Assembly (NCBI GenBank): GCA_964019335.1
Contig: OZ025670.1
Location: forward strand, 186,001-250,000
From: Diplonema japonicum
Lineage: Eukaryota; Protista; Euglenozoa: Diplonemea
DNA: 64,000 nt
Direction: 5' to 3'
The position numbers and the translations under genes are program-made. Every line of letters starts with the position of its first letter. The stretch's first letter is position 1. The notes below the pieces were generated by a model that had not been told where the DNA came from, searched no databases, and saw only the letters and a program-made list of their open reading frames with translations. Positions 53,977 to 63,219 of this stretch are shown one piece after another.

Positions 53977-55308
53977 ATGGTTAAGCTTAAGGATGTGTTG
54001 GTAAGCGTGCTGGTAGTGTGTAGTGTGTGGGGAACGCCGGTCGGGGAAGGGGAAAGGGAAGGGGTGCTGCCACCAACAGTGCAGGCCGCGACGATGGAGG
54101 ATCAGGTTTTGGTTTTGTTGAACATGTTCGATGAGCAGAGCAGACGGAAACTAGGATGGGGTGAAAGCGCACCCTGCCAAAAAGGAAGTTATCAAGGGTG
54201 GGAAGGCGTGTCTTGCAACCAACAGAGCACGGGCATCGTAATGATAAAGATCCCCGCGCTCAACGGAACGAGGGTAAACGGAACACTCCCTGCAATGGGC
54301 AACCTAACATCTCTGGTGAATCTTATGCTGGGCGGTAACGGTTTGGTAGGGACGCTACCGGAGTCGCTTCCTCCAGTGCTTAGGACACTTGATGTTTCGT
54401 TCAACTATTTCAGTGGTACGATTCCCAAATCGATAGCGAATTTGACAAACCTACAGCATGTGGACCTCTCTGCAAACTCTCTTGCCGGGGATCTCCCGGA
54501 GCTTTCCCAAATGCACTCGCTTCGTTCAGTGTACCTTGGCAACAACGCTCTCATTGGCACTATTCCAACGAACTTAAACAACCTGCATTTTCTAACAGTC
54601 GTGTCGCTGTTCGGGAACTCGCTTGTCGGAACGCTTCCGGCAGGGTTGGGTAGCTTGCCCGCTTTGTCCATTGTGTACGTTTTTGGCAATCAGCTGACGG
54701 GTACTATTCCAGCAGAGTTTGGACGAAGCCCGTCGTTGACACGCCTTTACTTGGACACCAACAACTTCGGTGGAAAGCTCCCTTCGTTCCCAAACGTAGT
54801 GAACGGGAAGCTATCGAAACTAACCCTTGCCGACAACAACTGGCAGTGTCCTCTTCCTGATATTAACGGGACGGTGTGGCAGGACAAGGCGGACACTTCT
54901 TGCGACAGCAGCACCATGCCTATGTGGTTGGTGGGCTGTATCATCGGGGCGGGAGTGGTTGTCTTGGTAGCGGGTATCGTATTTGTTAGGAAGTACTTGA
55001 AGAAGAGGAAACATGCTGCTCATCTGTATTTGGAGGTTGAGCAGCACAATCCTCCTGCGCACTTTGCCGTTCAGCCTCAGAGTAGTAGTGCGAGGTCTCT
55101 CGACCCAACCGTGTCTCTCTTTGCTGGTGTTTCTTCTACTGTTTTTCATGATGAACAGCAGCCCCAGCCGCAGCAGCCCTCGCGTTCCCCGGGAAATCTT
55201 TCTTACTCCGATAACACATCCTTGGGGCTAGACCCTTACGTCCGGACAAGACAGACCAATCGGTCTAGTTGTACTCTGAGCGAGTCGTCTGATAGAGACC
55301 GGCAATAA
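53977..55308 (+). CDS. LRR receptor-like membrane protein (plant-type LRRs)
   Basis: Signal peptide, W.GV.C cap, repeated LxLxxNxLxGxIP, TM WLVGCIIGAGVVVLVAGIVFV. Confidence 0.9.
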   Translation: MVKLKDVLVSVLVVCSVWGTPVGEGEREGVLPPTVQAATMEDQVLVLLNMFDEQSRRKLGWGESAPCQKGSYQGWEGVSCNQQSTGIVMIKIPALNGTRVNGTLPAMGNLTSLVNLMLGGNGLVGTLPESLPPVLRTLDVSFNYFSGTIPKSIANLTNLQHVDLSANSLAGDLPELSQMHSLRSVYLGNNALIGTIPTNLNNLHFLTVVSLFGNSLVGTLPAGLGSLPALSIVYVFGNQLTGTIPAEFGRSPSLTRLYLDTNNFGGKLPSFPNVVNGKLSKLTLADNNWQCPLPDINGTVWQDKADTSCDSSTMPMWLVGCIIGAGVVVLVAGIVFVRKYLKKRKHAAHLYLEVEQHNPPAHFAVQPQSSSARSLDPTVSLFAGVSSTVFHDEQQPQPQQPSRSPGNLSYSDNTSLGLDPYVRTRQTNRSSCTLSESSDRDRQ

Positions 55309-55987
55309 GAATAACAGGTGGGGGAGGGGGGGGGGGGGGGGGGGATATGTGGGGATGCTTCAAGAGGATATAAATAGCTTGTTGCTTTCTTTTTGTTTTT
55401 TTATTTTTGTTTTTACTTTCTCTTACGGTAGGGAGGGGCTGCATTTTATTTTGATTCGGTGGGAGTACTGGTTTTTTTTTCTTCTCTCTTTTTTTTTCGT
55501 GACAGGGCAAAAAAAAAGAAAAAAGAAAAAAAAAAAAGAGGGAAGGTTTCCGATAACTCTTCGAAAAAAGGCCCATTGCTGCCCTCCCCCATTAGGGGTT
55601 CTTTTTTTTTTTTTGGAGGTCGTTGCTAACCAATATTCGTCCTTGTCATAGCAATCAAAAAAAAACCCCCCCATTCCCTCCTTTTGCTTGCTCTCTTTTT
55701 TTTTTATTCTTCGTAATTCAATCTTTTCCCTGTTTTGTAAAAAAAAAAAAAAGGAAGAATCAAAAACAAAAAACAGAAAAAAGAACGAAACAAGAACAAA
55801 CGGGAGAATGAAAGATAGGACGGGGGGGGGGGGGGGGGGGGGAGGAGATTGATTCGAAGTTTGTTTCTCGTCATCTGTGAAAAATTGTTATTTTTTCTCT
55901 CTTTTTTGGGGGTTTTTTTTTGATGCGGAAAAGAAGAAGGGAAAAAAAAAAAAAAAAAAAAAGAACGCGCAAACAGGAGTAGTTTTG

Positions 55988-56184
55988 TTTCACCTTTCCC
56001 TTGAGGCATTCATCTGCTGCTCATGGTCAGAATTGCCCCGGTTGCGCCCTGGCTGAAGGCCTCTGAAGGGTACTATCTGGTGAAGGGGTGAAATAAATAA
56101 AAAGCTTTTGAGGGGGCAGCAAGAGCAGGTCTTCGGGCCTTCAGGTGTCTGCTCACGAATTGCCGGGCACCTAACCTCACAGTT
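55988..56184 (+). ncRNA. structured RNA, candidate two-hairpin H/ACA RNA
   Basis: Hairpin 1 (TTTCACCTT/GGGGTGAAA; CCCTTGAGGC/GCCTCTGAAGGG), A-rich hinge containing ANANNA, hairpin 2 (GAGG/CCTC; GCAA/TTGC; GAGCAG/CTGCTC), then ACA-GTT. Confidence 0.5.
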
Positions 56185-56505
56185 TTTCTTTAATTTTAAT
56201 TAAACCTTTTTTTTTTTTTTTTTTTTGCCGAGGGTAAGAGCACCCTACCTTCACAACAACTTAGTCACTTTCTTTTTTTTAAAAGAAAAGAATAAGAAAA
56301 AGATAAACATACAACCAGAGTGGTGTGTGTGTGTGTGTTTTTTTTTTTCTTTCTTTCTTTCTTATTTATTTCTCTCTCTCTTTTTTTTCTTTTTTTTCCC
56401 CCCTCGTACGATGGGTATTATAAGCCATGAAAGAGGGTCCCATCAACTGTGACCTGGACATAGAAAGGAGAGGATGCCGAGTGGGTTCCCCGCCTGCATT
56501 GACTC

Positions 56506-56547
<42 letters not shown>

Positions 56548-56980
56548 AAAGCAGCATGGGGAATATCACAGTGAGCTTTCTTTACAGGTCGACCTTTTTT
56601 TCTTCTTTCCTTTTTTTTTCCTTCTTCTTTTCTTTCTGTGCTAAAAGCGGTATGAACAGGGGATTTCAAATGTTCATTTCTTTTTTTTTCCTTCCAGCAA
56701 ACGGGTGTTCGGTGTGCTTTTTTTTCCTTTTGAAAATATCGTTTTTTTTTTTTGTTATGTCTCTTCCCCCACACCCCCCACTTTATCCAGTTTTGTGTGC
56801 CCACCTGTTTATACTTTCTATCGTATGGATCAGTGGCAGTTACCACTTTTTTTTTTCAAAATGCCCCCCCCCCCCCCCCCCCCTGCTCATCAATTCTCTC
56901 CCTTTCCCCTTCCGTCGTTTTTTTTTTTTTTAAATTTCTCCTCAACCCACACAAAAAAAAAGTGGGGGGTGAAAAAAAAA

Positions 56981-59065
56981 ATGTCAAATCGGCATAAGGG
57001 CTTCTATGGTGACATGAAGGCTGGTAAACACGATATCGAGTATGAAGAGGACACTACCTCCCCCGATACCCCAGGGATGGAACCGCTTCCGAGGTCGGGG
57101 CTCTCAGGGTTTACGTTGGGTGATGCTTTGACAGAGACCCCACTTTCGAAATTGAAGAAATTAATGGGGCCGGGGTATACGGACAGGGCTCTGGAGGAAG
57201 CGCTTTCGGCAGCGGGGGGAAGCATTGAGAAGGCATCGGATAATTTAACAATCGACCCGCAAGAGACACGGATGGACGAAGGGGAGGAATTCACGTACGA
57301 AGAATTTCTTGACTACTACGGTGCGAAGGAGGGCAAGGTGAGATGGGACCGAGCTGGCGCGAAAAAACAAAAAAAACCAAAACCCGCCGGGAAAAAACAA
57401 CCGAAACAAGACGCGAAAAACGTGAAAATCTCAGCACAACAACTTGCAGACATGCAAAAAAAGTCAATTTCACAGTCACCAAGAAACCAACCCAAAGCGG
57501 ACATACCACGCGCAAGCTCAACATTGAGATTGGAAGAAATCTGTTCATCACAGGACGAAGCGGCCATCTCTCCCACACCCTCAGGACGCTCCTCACCCGT
57601 TGCGAAAAAACTTGTAAAAAAACCTTTACGCGTAATGGATATCAGAGCAAAGGGCAAGAAAGACGGAGAACCCGTCATTGCATCAGAAGGCCTCCCCGAT
57701 CTTCAAGATGCAGTCATCGACCTCGATTCCTCCAGCAAGCACCGAATGAGCGTGGTAGTGGTAGGACATGTCGATGCCGGTAAATCAACTATAATGGGAC
57801 ATATTTTGTACAAGCTAAACCTCGTTCCTCAAAGAGTTATCCACAAGTTCGAGAAGGAGTCAAAGGCAACCGGAAAAGCTTCATTCCACTTCGCCTGGGT
57901 TTTAGACGAAACAGAAGAAGAACGTGACAGAGGTGTCACCATGGACGTGGCTGTGACACACTTTGAAACCGACTCCAAGCGTATCACTCTGCTGGACTGC
58001 CCAGGCCATCGTGATTTCGTAGCTAATATGATAACCGGTGCCGCTCAGGCGGATGCAGCAATTATTGTTGTCAATGCTGTTCAAGGTGAATTTGAAACCG
58101 GGTTCAGTTCAGGCGGGCAGACGAAGGAGCACATTATGCTGCTGCGTTCTGTTGGTGTCTCGCACCTTATCATCGCTATCAACAAGCTGGACACTGTCGG
58201 GTTCAGTAAGGAACGGTTCGACGCAATTCAAATCGAACTTCTCGAATACCTTAAAAAATCCGGTTTCAAACAAGAACACATAACGTTCATCCCTGTTGCC
58301 GGGCTCACAGGCGAGAACCTAGTTAACCGCACCGCGACAGAACTCACAGAATGGTACGGCGATGAAAAACCTACTCTGTTGCAAGGTATCGATTCGTTCC
58401 CGCCTCCAAAAAGGCTTGTAAAGTACCCAATGAGACTGTGTGTATCAGATGTTATGAAGTCATCAACACTCGGTCCGACAACTGTGGGAGGAAAGCTTAT
58501 CACTGGTCGTTTAAAAGTAGGGGACAAGGTGGTTTTCCATCCATCAGGTGACGCAGGTGTAGTAAAAGGTATCGAGTGCAACGTTATGGGTGTTAAAGAA
58601 GCCATTGCCGGGGATAACATTGAGGTTGGGCTTTCCGGAATGGACCCTGCTGTCGTCCTATCGATCGGAGATGTGATGTGTTGCCAGTCAGAACTTCCTG
58701 TGAAGATCTGTCAGAAGTTCGAAGCTACTTTGTTGACATTTTCTGAACAGCTTATTACAAAGTCCTTCCCGTCGCTTCTTCACTTGCAGTCTGCTACTGT
58801 GGCGTGTTCTATCACAAGGTTGCTCTCACGTAATGATCCGAAAGCAGGGCAGCCTGTTTTGAAGCCGAAATGTTTTCAAAAGGGCCAGCTCGGGACTGTG
58901 GAGATCACCACTTCCAAGCCTATCGCCATAGAGCTCGCGCACGAGTTTCGGGATCTTGGCAGGTTCATGTTAAGAGCCAACGGGGAGACGATAGCCGCTG
59001 GGATTATCAAAAAAGTTTACCCGTTGGTAAAGCAAGATGTGAGCAAAAAGGCGTTTATGGGATGA
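56981..59065 (+). CDS. HBS1: HBS1-like translational GTPase
   Basis: GHVDAGKST, GKASFHFAWVLDETEEERDRGVTMD, DCPGHRDF, GGQTKEH and NKLD, with an N-terminal extension. Confidence 0.93.
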   Translation: MSNRHKGFYGDMKAGKHDIEYEEDTTSPDTPGMEPLPRSGLSGFTLGDALTETPLSKLKKLMGPGYTDRALEEALSAAGGSIEKASDNLTIDPQETRMDEGEEFTYEEFLDYYGAKEGKVRWDRAGAKKQKKPKPAGKKQPKQDAKNVKISAQQLADMQKKSISQSPRNQPKADIPRASSTLRLEEICSSQDEAAISPTPSGRSSPVAKKLVKKPLRVMDIRAKGKKDGEPVIASEGLPDLQDAVIDLDSSSKHRMSVVVVGHVDAGKSTIMGHILYKLNLVPQRVIHKFEKESKATGKASFHFAWVLDETEEERDRGVTMDVAVTHFETDSKRITLLDCPGHRDFVANMITGAAQADAAIIVVNAVQGEFETGFSSGGQTKEHIMLLRSVGVSHLIIAINKLDTVGFSKERFDAIQIELLEYLKKSGFKQEHITFIPVAGLTGENLVNRTATELTEWYGDEKPTLLQGIDSFPPPKRLVKYPMRLCVSDVMKSSTLGPTTVGGKLITGRLKVGDKVVFHPSGDAGVVKGIECNVMGVKEAIAGDNIEVGLSGMDPAVVLSIGDVMCCQSELPVKICQKFEATLLTFSEQLITKSFPSLLHLQSATVACSITRLLSRNDPKAGQPVLKPKCFQKGQLGTVEITTSKPIAIELAHEFRDLGRFMLRANGETIAAGIIKKVYPLVKQDVSKKAFMG

Positions 59066-59071
59066 AAAATT

Positions 59072-59102
<31 letters not shown>

Positions 59103-59542
59103 TGAGATCGTAAGATCTATCTTTTTTTTTTTCTTGTGTCGAAAAAAAAGGGGGGGGGGGAACGTTTGGCAAAACCGACAGCAAGCAAACGGTTGTACAA
59201 GCAACTTCTTTTTTTTTTTATTTTTATTTTTCTATTTTTTTTATTTTAGCTGTACAGTATCCAAGAAAAAAAAAGTGGAAAATGGGGAGGGTGTGTGAGT
59301 ATGGTTTTTCTTTTTTTCTTTTTTTTCTCTTTTTTTTTTCCATATTTTTTTTTTAAATTGTTGCTTTTGCTAGCTTTATCATAAGAAAATATCCCCCCCC
59401 TTTTCATTTTCATAATTCACGCCCCTTTGAAAAAAAAAACTATTCCCCCCCCCCTTTTTATTATTTTGTTCCTCACCCTTTTTTTTTTTCGTAAGAAAGT
59501 TTTTTTTTTCTTTTGACCTATTCGCTATTTTTTTGTAAAGGA

Positions 59543-60316
59543 ATGAAATTATGTCTGTTTCTGGCGGTGGTTTGGCTGGCGTCTCCTGGCCATGCAAAGC
59601 TAGGCACATGCTGCAGCCCGAAGAATTCTCTTTGTGGTGATCTTGACGTCCTGGCGACACCAACGTGGTACTACAACTGGGCGAACTCTTCAGTGTTCAA
59701 AGATATGAACTGCGAAAAACAACCAACTCAAGAGTTCGTCCCCATGTTTTGGGGATATCACGGAGGCGGCTACAGCACAGCTGACGTACCAGCTGGAAGC
59801 AAGTACATCCTTGGCTACAACGAGCCCAACCATGAGAAGCAAAGTAATCTAACACCCGAGAAAGCCGTTGAAGGGTGGAAAAAAATGCAAGCTGTTTTTG
59901 GGACAACACACAAGCTGGGCTCACCGTCAGCAGCACCATGCGGCGGGCAGTGCTTGCAACCTGTTCAGTGGTTCGATGACTTCTTCAAATATTGCAACGG
60001 GACCTGCCAAGTTGACTTCATGGCAACACACATCTACTCCTGTAACGCCACCGAGACAATGGGGTATCTTAATTCCCTTAAGAAGTACGGCCGTCCGATT
60101 TGGCTGACTGAATTTGCCTGCGGAAATGGTCACGCGCACACACCGCAGGCAAACGCGGATTACGCCCAGAAGCTGGTTCCCATGCTCGAAGCTGACCCCA
60201 GTATCTTCAGGTACTCCTGGTTCAATTCCAGGGAGAACGTTACCAGCACCCTGTTTAACTTCGAAGACCCTAAGAAGGCGTTGACCGTCGTTGGAAAGAT
60301 GTACAACTCTCTGTAA
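59543..60316 (+). CDS. secreted GH128 beta-1,3-glucanase-like glycoside hydrolase
   Basis: WYYNW, EFVPMFWG, LGYNEP, DFMATHIY, PIWLTEF and RYSWF. Confidence 0.9.
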   Translation: MKLCLFLAVVWLASPGHAKLGTCCSPKNSLCGDLDVLATPTWYYNWANSSVFKDMNCEKQPTQEFVPMFWGYHGGGYSTADVPAGSKYILGYNEPNHEKQSNLTPEKAVEGWKKMQAVFGTTHKLGSPSAAPCGGQCLQPVQWFDDFFKYCNGTCQVDFMATHIYSCNATETMGYLNSLKKYGRPIWLTEFACGNGHAHTPQANADYAQKLVPMLEADPSIFRYSWFNSRENVTSTLFNFEDPKKALTVVGKMYNSL

Positions 60317-60329
60317 AATTAAGTATTAA

Positions 60330-61611
60330 CCCATAAAGGACCGCTATTTTTCGTCTAAAAAGTCGATTTTGAACTTTTCGTTCAAATACCATAAATAAAA
60401 TGGCGAGGGTGGAGTTAGAGGGTGTGTATCTATATTATTTTCACTACCCCATTTCTGGAGCGCGAAGCGGCCTGCATTTCAGCCCCAGACGCACCCAAAC
60501 TTTGGTGGTAGAGCAGCATTTGAGAGAAACAACTCTTGCAAAGGGCACATGCTATCCGGAGGTTCCATGGTCGGCAAGCAGCGCTTATTCAGCATGCAGG
60601 GTGGGCTGGTTATTTTTTTTTTTTCACCACTTATGGTCGTTCTTTGAACACAATGTCCGAGGTGCCACAGATATGCGACTTGTCCAATTTAAACGTATTT
60701 CTATTTTCAAGTGGTTTTCAAGAGGTTTTCAGGTGGTTTTTTAAGGTGTCGTTAATGTGAAAAAATTCGAAACAGGGCACATTGCTACGCAATCTCTGCA
60801 CAGTGGAAATCCGCATTGTAAATCCGTATCAACAATGGGACAAGCGAAAACAGTTGTCAAAGACAATCCAGTAATTCTGGTGCTGATATTCGGTGAGCAG
60901 CTCTGCCTCTTTTCCCCGGGTACCCGTGCCGGTACAAACAATCATGTTTAGAGTGTAACCGGTGTCTGAATCGCATTTTGAACCCATAACGCTTCCTCTT
61001 CTTCGGCTCACAAACAATGAACCCGACACGGCTTCTACAGCGTATGATGGTTCATCCACAGCAAGGTTTCGCTTGGGTACATACAGGGATGACCAAGAAG
61101 GAACCACAAGATTTATAAGATTGCGCCCTTTAGCCATTCTGTCTCCTTCTCCTCCACCAGCGGGCAACCCAAACCGCATTTGGCGCATTGTTTTTAAGAG
61201 CCTGTTTCTTTCCATTACCGTTCTGAAATATAGTGAATATGGGGTATCTATGAGTTCATACTGGTACTTGGACCTGGTACCTTGCGAAATATTTTCCTCC
61301 CCACCTTCTCGATTTTGTCATCCCATTCCATATCCGGGATATCCCCATCATCCGGTGACACTGACCCTTCTTCAGAAGTGCTTTCGGCACTACTCCCTTA
61401 TGGGGTGTAAAAAAACAATGTCTGTGCCACTATTTTTTTCCTCCCCTTGCAGTTTGGATGCAAAAATTTACGGGCGATATAGCGTTCAGTATAAAAAAAA
61501 GTCGCGCAATAAGGCCCCTCTTTAAAGAGTGGGCATGCAGAGCACTAAAAATGCCTTAGCAGAAATAAAAAGATTTTTTTAGCTGAATATTCAGCTCCGG
61601 TCCTTTATGGG
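60330..61611 (-). mobile_element. decayed piggyBac element
   Basis: TTAA TSDs at 60326-60329 and 61612-61615; 14-bp TIR CCCATAAAGGACCG. Minus-strand remnants DRMAK..LYVPKRNLAVDE, CDSDTGY and YWIVFDNCF. Confidence 0.9.
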
Positions 61612-61723
61612 TTAAAGAAAAAAAAAAAAAAAAAAAAAAAAAACCTCGGCACAAAGTTGTCAGTTAGAGTTTTTTTTAAAAAAAATCTTTTTTTTTTTTT
61701 TTTTGAAAAGATAAAATCCAATA

Positions 61724-62980
61724 CCGGATTTGTATTTATATTGTTCAGTTTTAATAATGGTCTGGGAATTTAGTGTACTGTATAAATTATGTACCTTTTT
61801 CGGATTTTGAACTCAACTTGGGACTTTTTACAGAACAATACAAATAAACTATTTTTATTATTTTTGGCCTGATCCCCCCCCAGGACAGGCCCCACTAAAA
61901 TCAAAGTCACGTTTGTGGTTTACAAGATCTACTTTTTGGTTTCCATTTTCAAAACAAGGTACGCGGACGCCCTGAAGGCCCAGATAAAGAAAGAGCGGAA
62001 AAGACACAGAAGAGAAGCCCTTCTTACTGCTGCTGGTCCGGCTTCTGTTCCCGTTAGTCCTGTTGCCGCGCCTGGTGCTTCTGTTCCCGTTAGTCCTGTT
62101 GCCGCGTCTGGTGCTTCTGTTGTTGCCGGTCCTGTGGTTTCTGTTGCCGGTCCCGAAACCTTCACAGATTGCAAAATCAGCAATGCTAGAGGTTGACAAA
62201 AGGACAAAGATTATGCGTCCTTTTATTCCTGCCTAGAGTGTCGAGGCTTACCGCAAGCTAACAGAAGCCACAATCCGGGCAGGGTTTGCTTACCTTTTTA
62301 ACGATCTCCCACCCGGGTCTGCATCCGTGCCCCCGCCCACTGAGGACGTTCCTGCACCCTCGCCTGGCCCTCCGCCCCCGCCTTCCGAGGTCGGGCAGAA
62401 GTGCTGGATGCAGATGCAGGAGTTGACCCGATGGAGATTGATCCATTGGAGCCATTGGGACTGTCAGTCGACCGGAACCAGCACCCGAAGACCCGGATGT
62501 GCAGCAGGCTGGCCATTTCTGATGCGCCTTCTTCTGACGAAGAAGCAGAAGAAGAAGAAGAAATGCCTGACCAAGAAGTTTAGTCCTAAGACTAAGCCGG
62601 GTGACCCCAAGCCAGCGAACAACGTGACGAGGGTGCCCTGCCCCAACTGCAGCGCAACCCTCAAGCAGGTTAGAAAGGAGAGACCAGGGTGGGAGTGCAC
62701 GTAATGCTCTGGTGAGCATGACATGAGCACCCGCGGGGCTATGCGACTATGTGGTGTGCTACGTGTAGGACTGGGCAATAGTGAACTAGAATTGCGGTAA
62801 TACCACCCCCCCCCGGTTTGTTTTTGTCTTGGGATTATATATTTTTAGGGATATTTTCCGGTATTTTTTTTGTAAATTTTATGTTCTGTTTTAATGGTGT
62901 TCTGTAGATATTATGTACCTTTTTCGAATTTTTTGCCCAATTTGGGACTTTTCACATAAACAATATAAGTACAAATCCGG
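61724..62980. mobile_element. non-autonomous TIR element flanked by TA (Tc1/mariner-pogo-like ends)
   Basis: 22-bp TIR CCGGATTTGTA(T/C)TTATATTGTT with TA on both sides. Subterminal direct repeat TTATGTACCTTTTTCG..TTGGGACTTT; GC-rich broken ORFs inside. Confidence 0.75.
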
Positions 62981-63219
62981 TATTTTTTTTTTGTAACAAA
63001 TTAAAAATTTAAAAAAAAAAAAAGAAGGTTTGTTTTTTCGAGTTCTTCTCAAAGGGGGGAAAAAAAAAGCATGAGGTATTCTTCTTGTCCCCCCCCCCCC
63101 CATTTTTCTTTGAAGTTTCGCTCTAAAAAAAAAAACACAAAAAAAAAAGGCATCCCTCACCTCCCCCTAGTTTTCTTTTTTATTTTTGTTTTTCCAAACA
63201 AAAAAAAAGAAGAAATAAA

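Noticed and set aside
5641-59065. Numerous minus-strand ORFs overlapping real genes
   Set aside because: They are antisense shadows of GC-rich coding sequence with no recognisable motifs.
9631-59542. Poly-Lys/Phe/Pro/Gly N-terminal extensions in the ORF track (e.g. 9631, 23035, 36116, 47917, 56705)
   Set aside because: They are translations of intergenic homopolymers from non-ATG starts; the true ATGs are downstream, and run lengths may include sequencing error.
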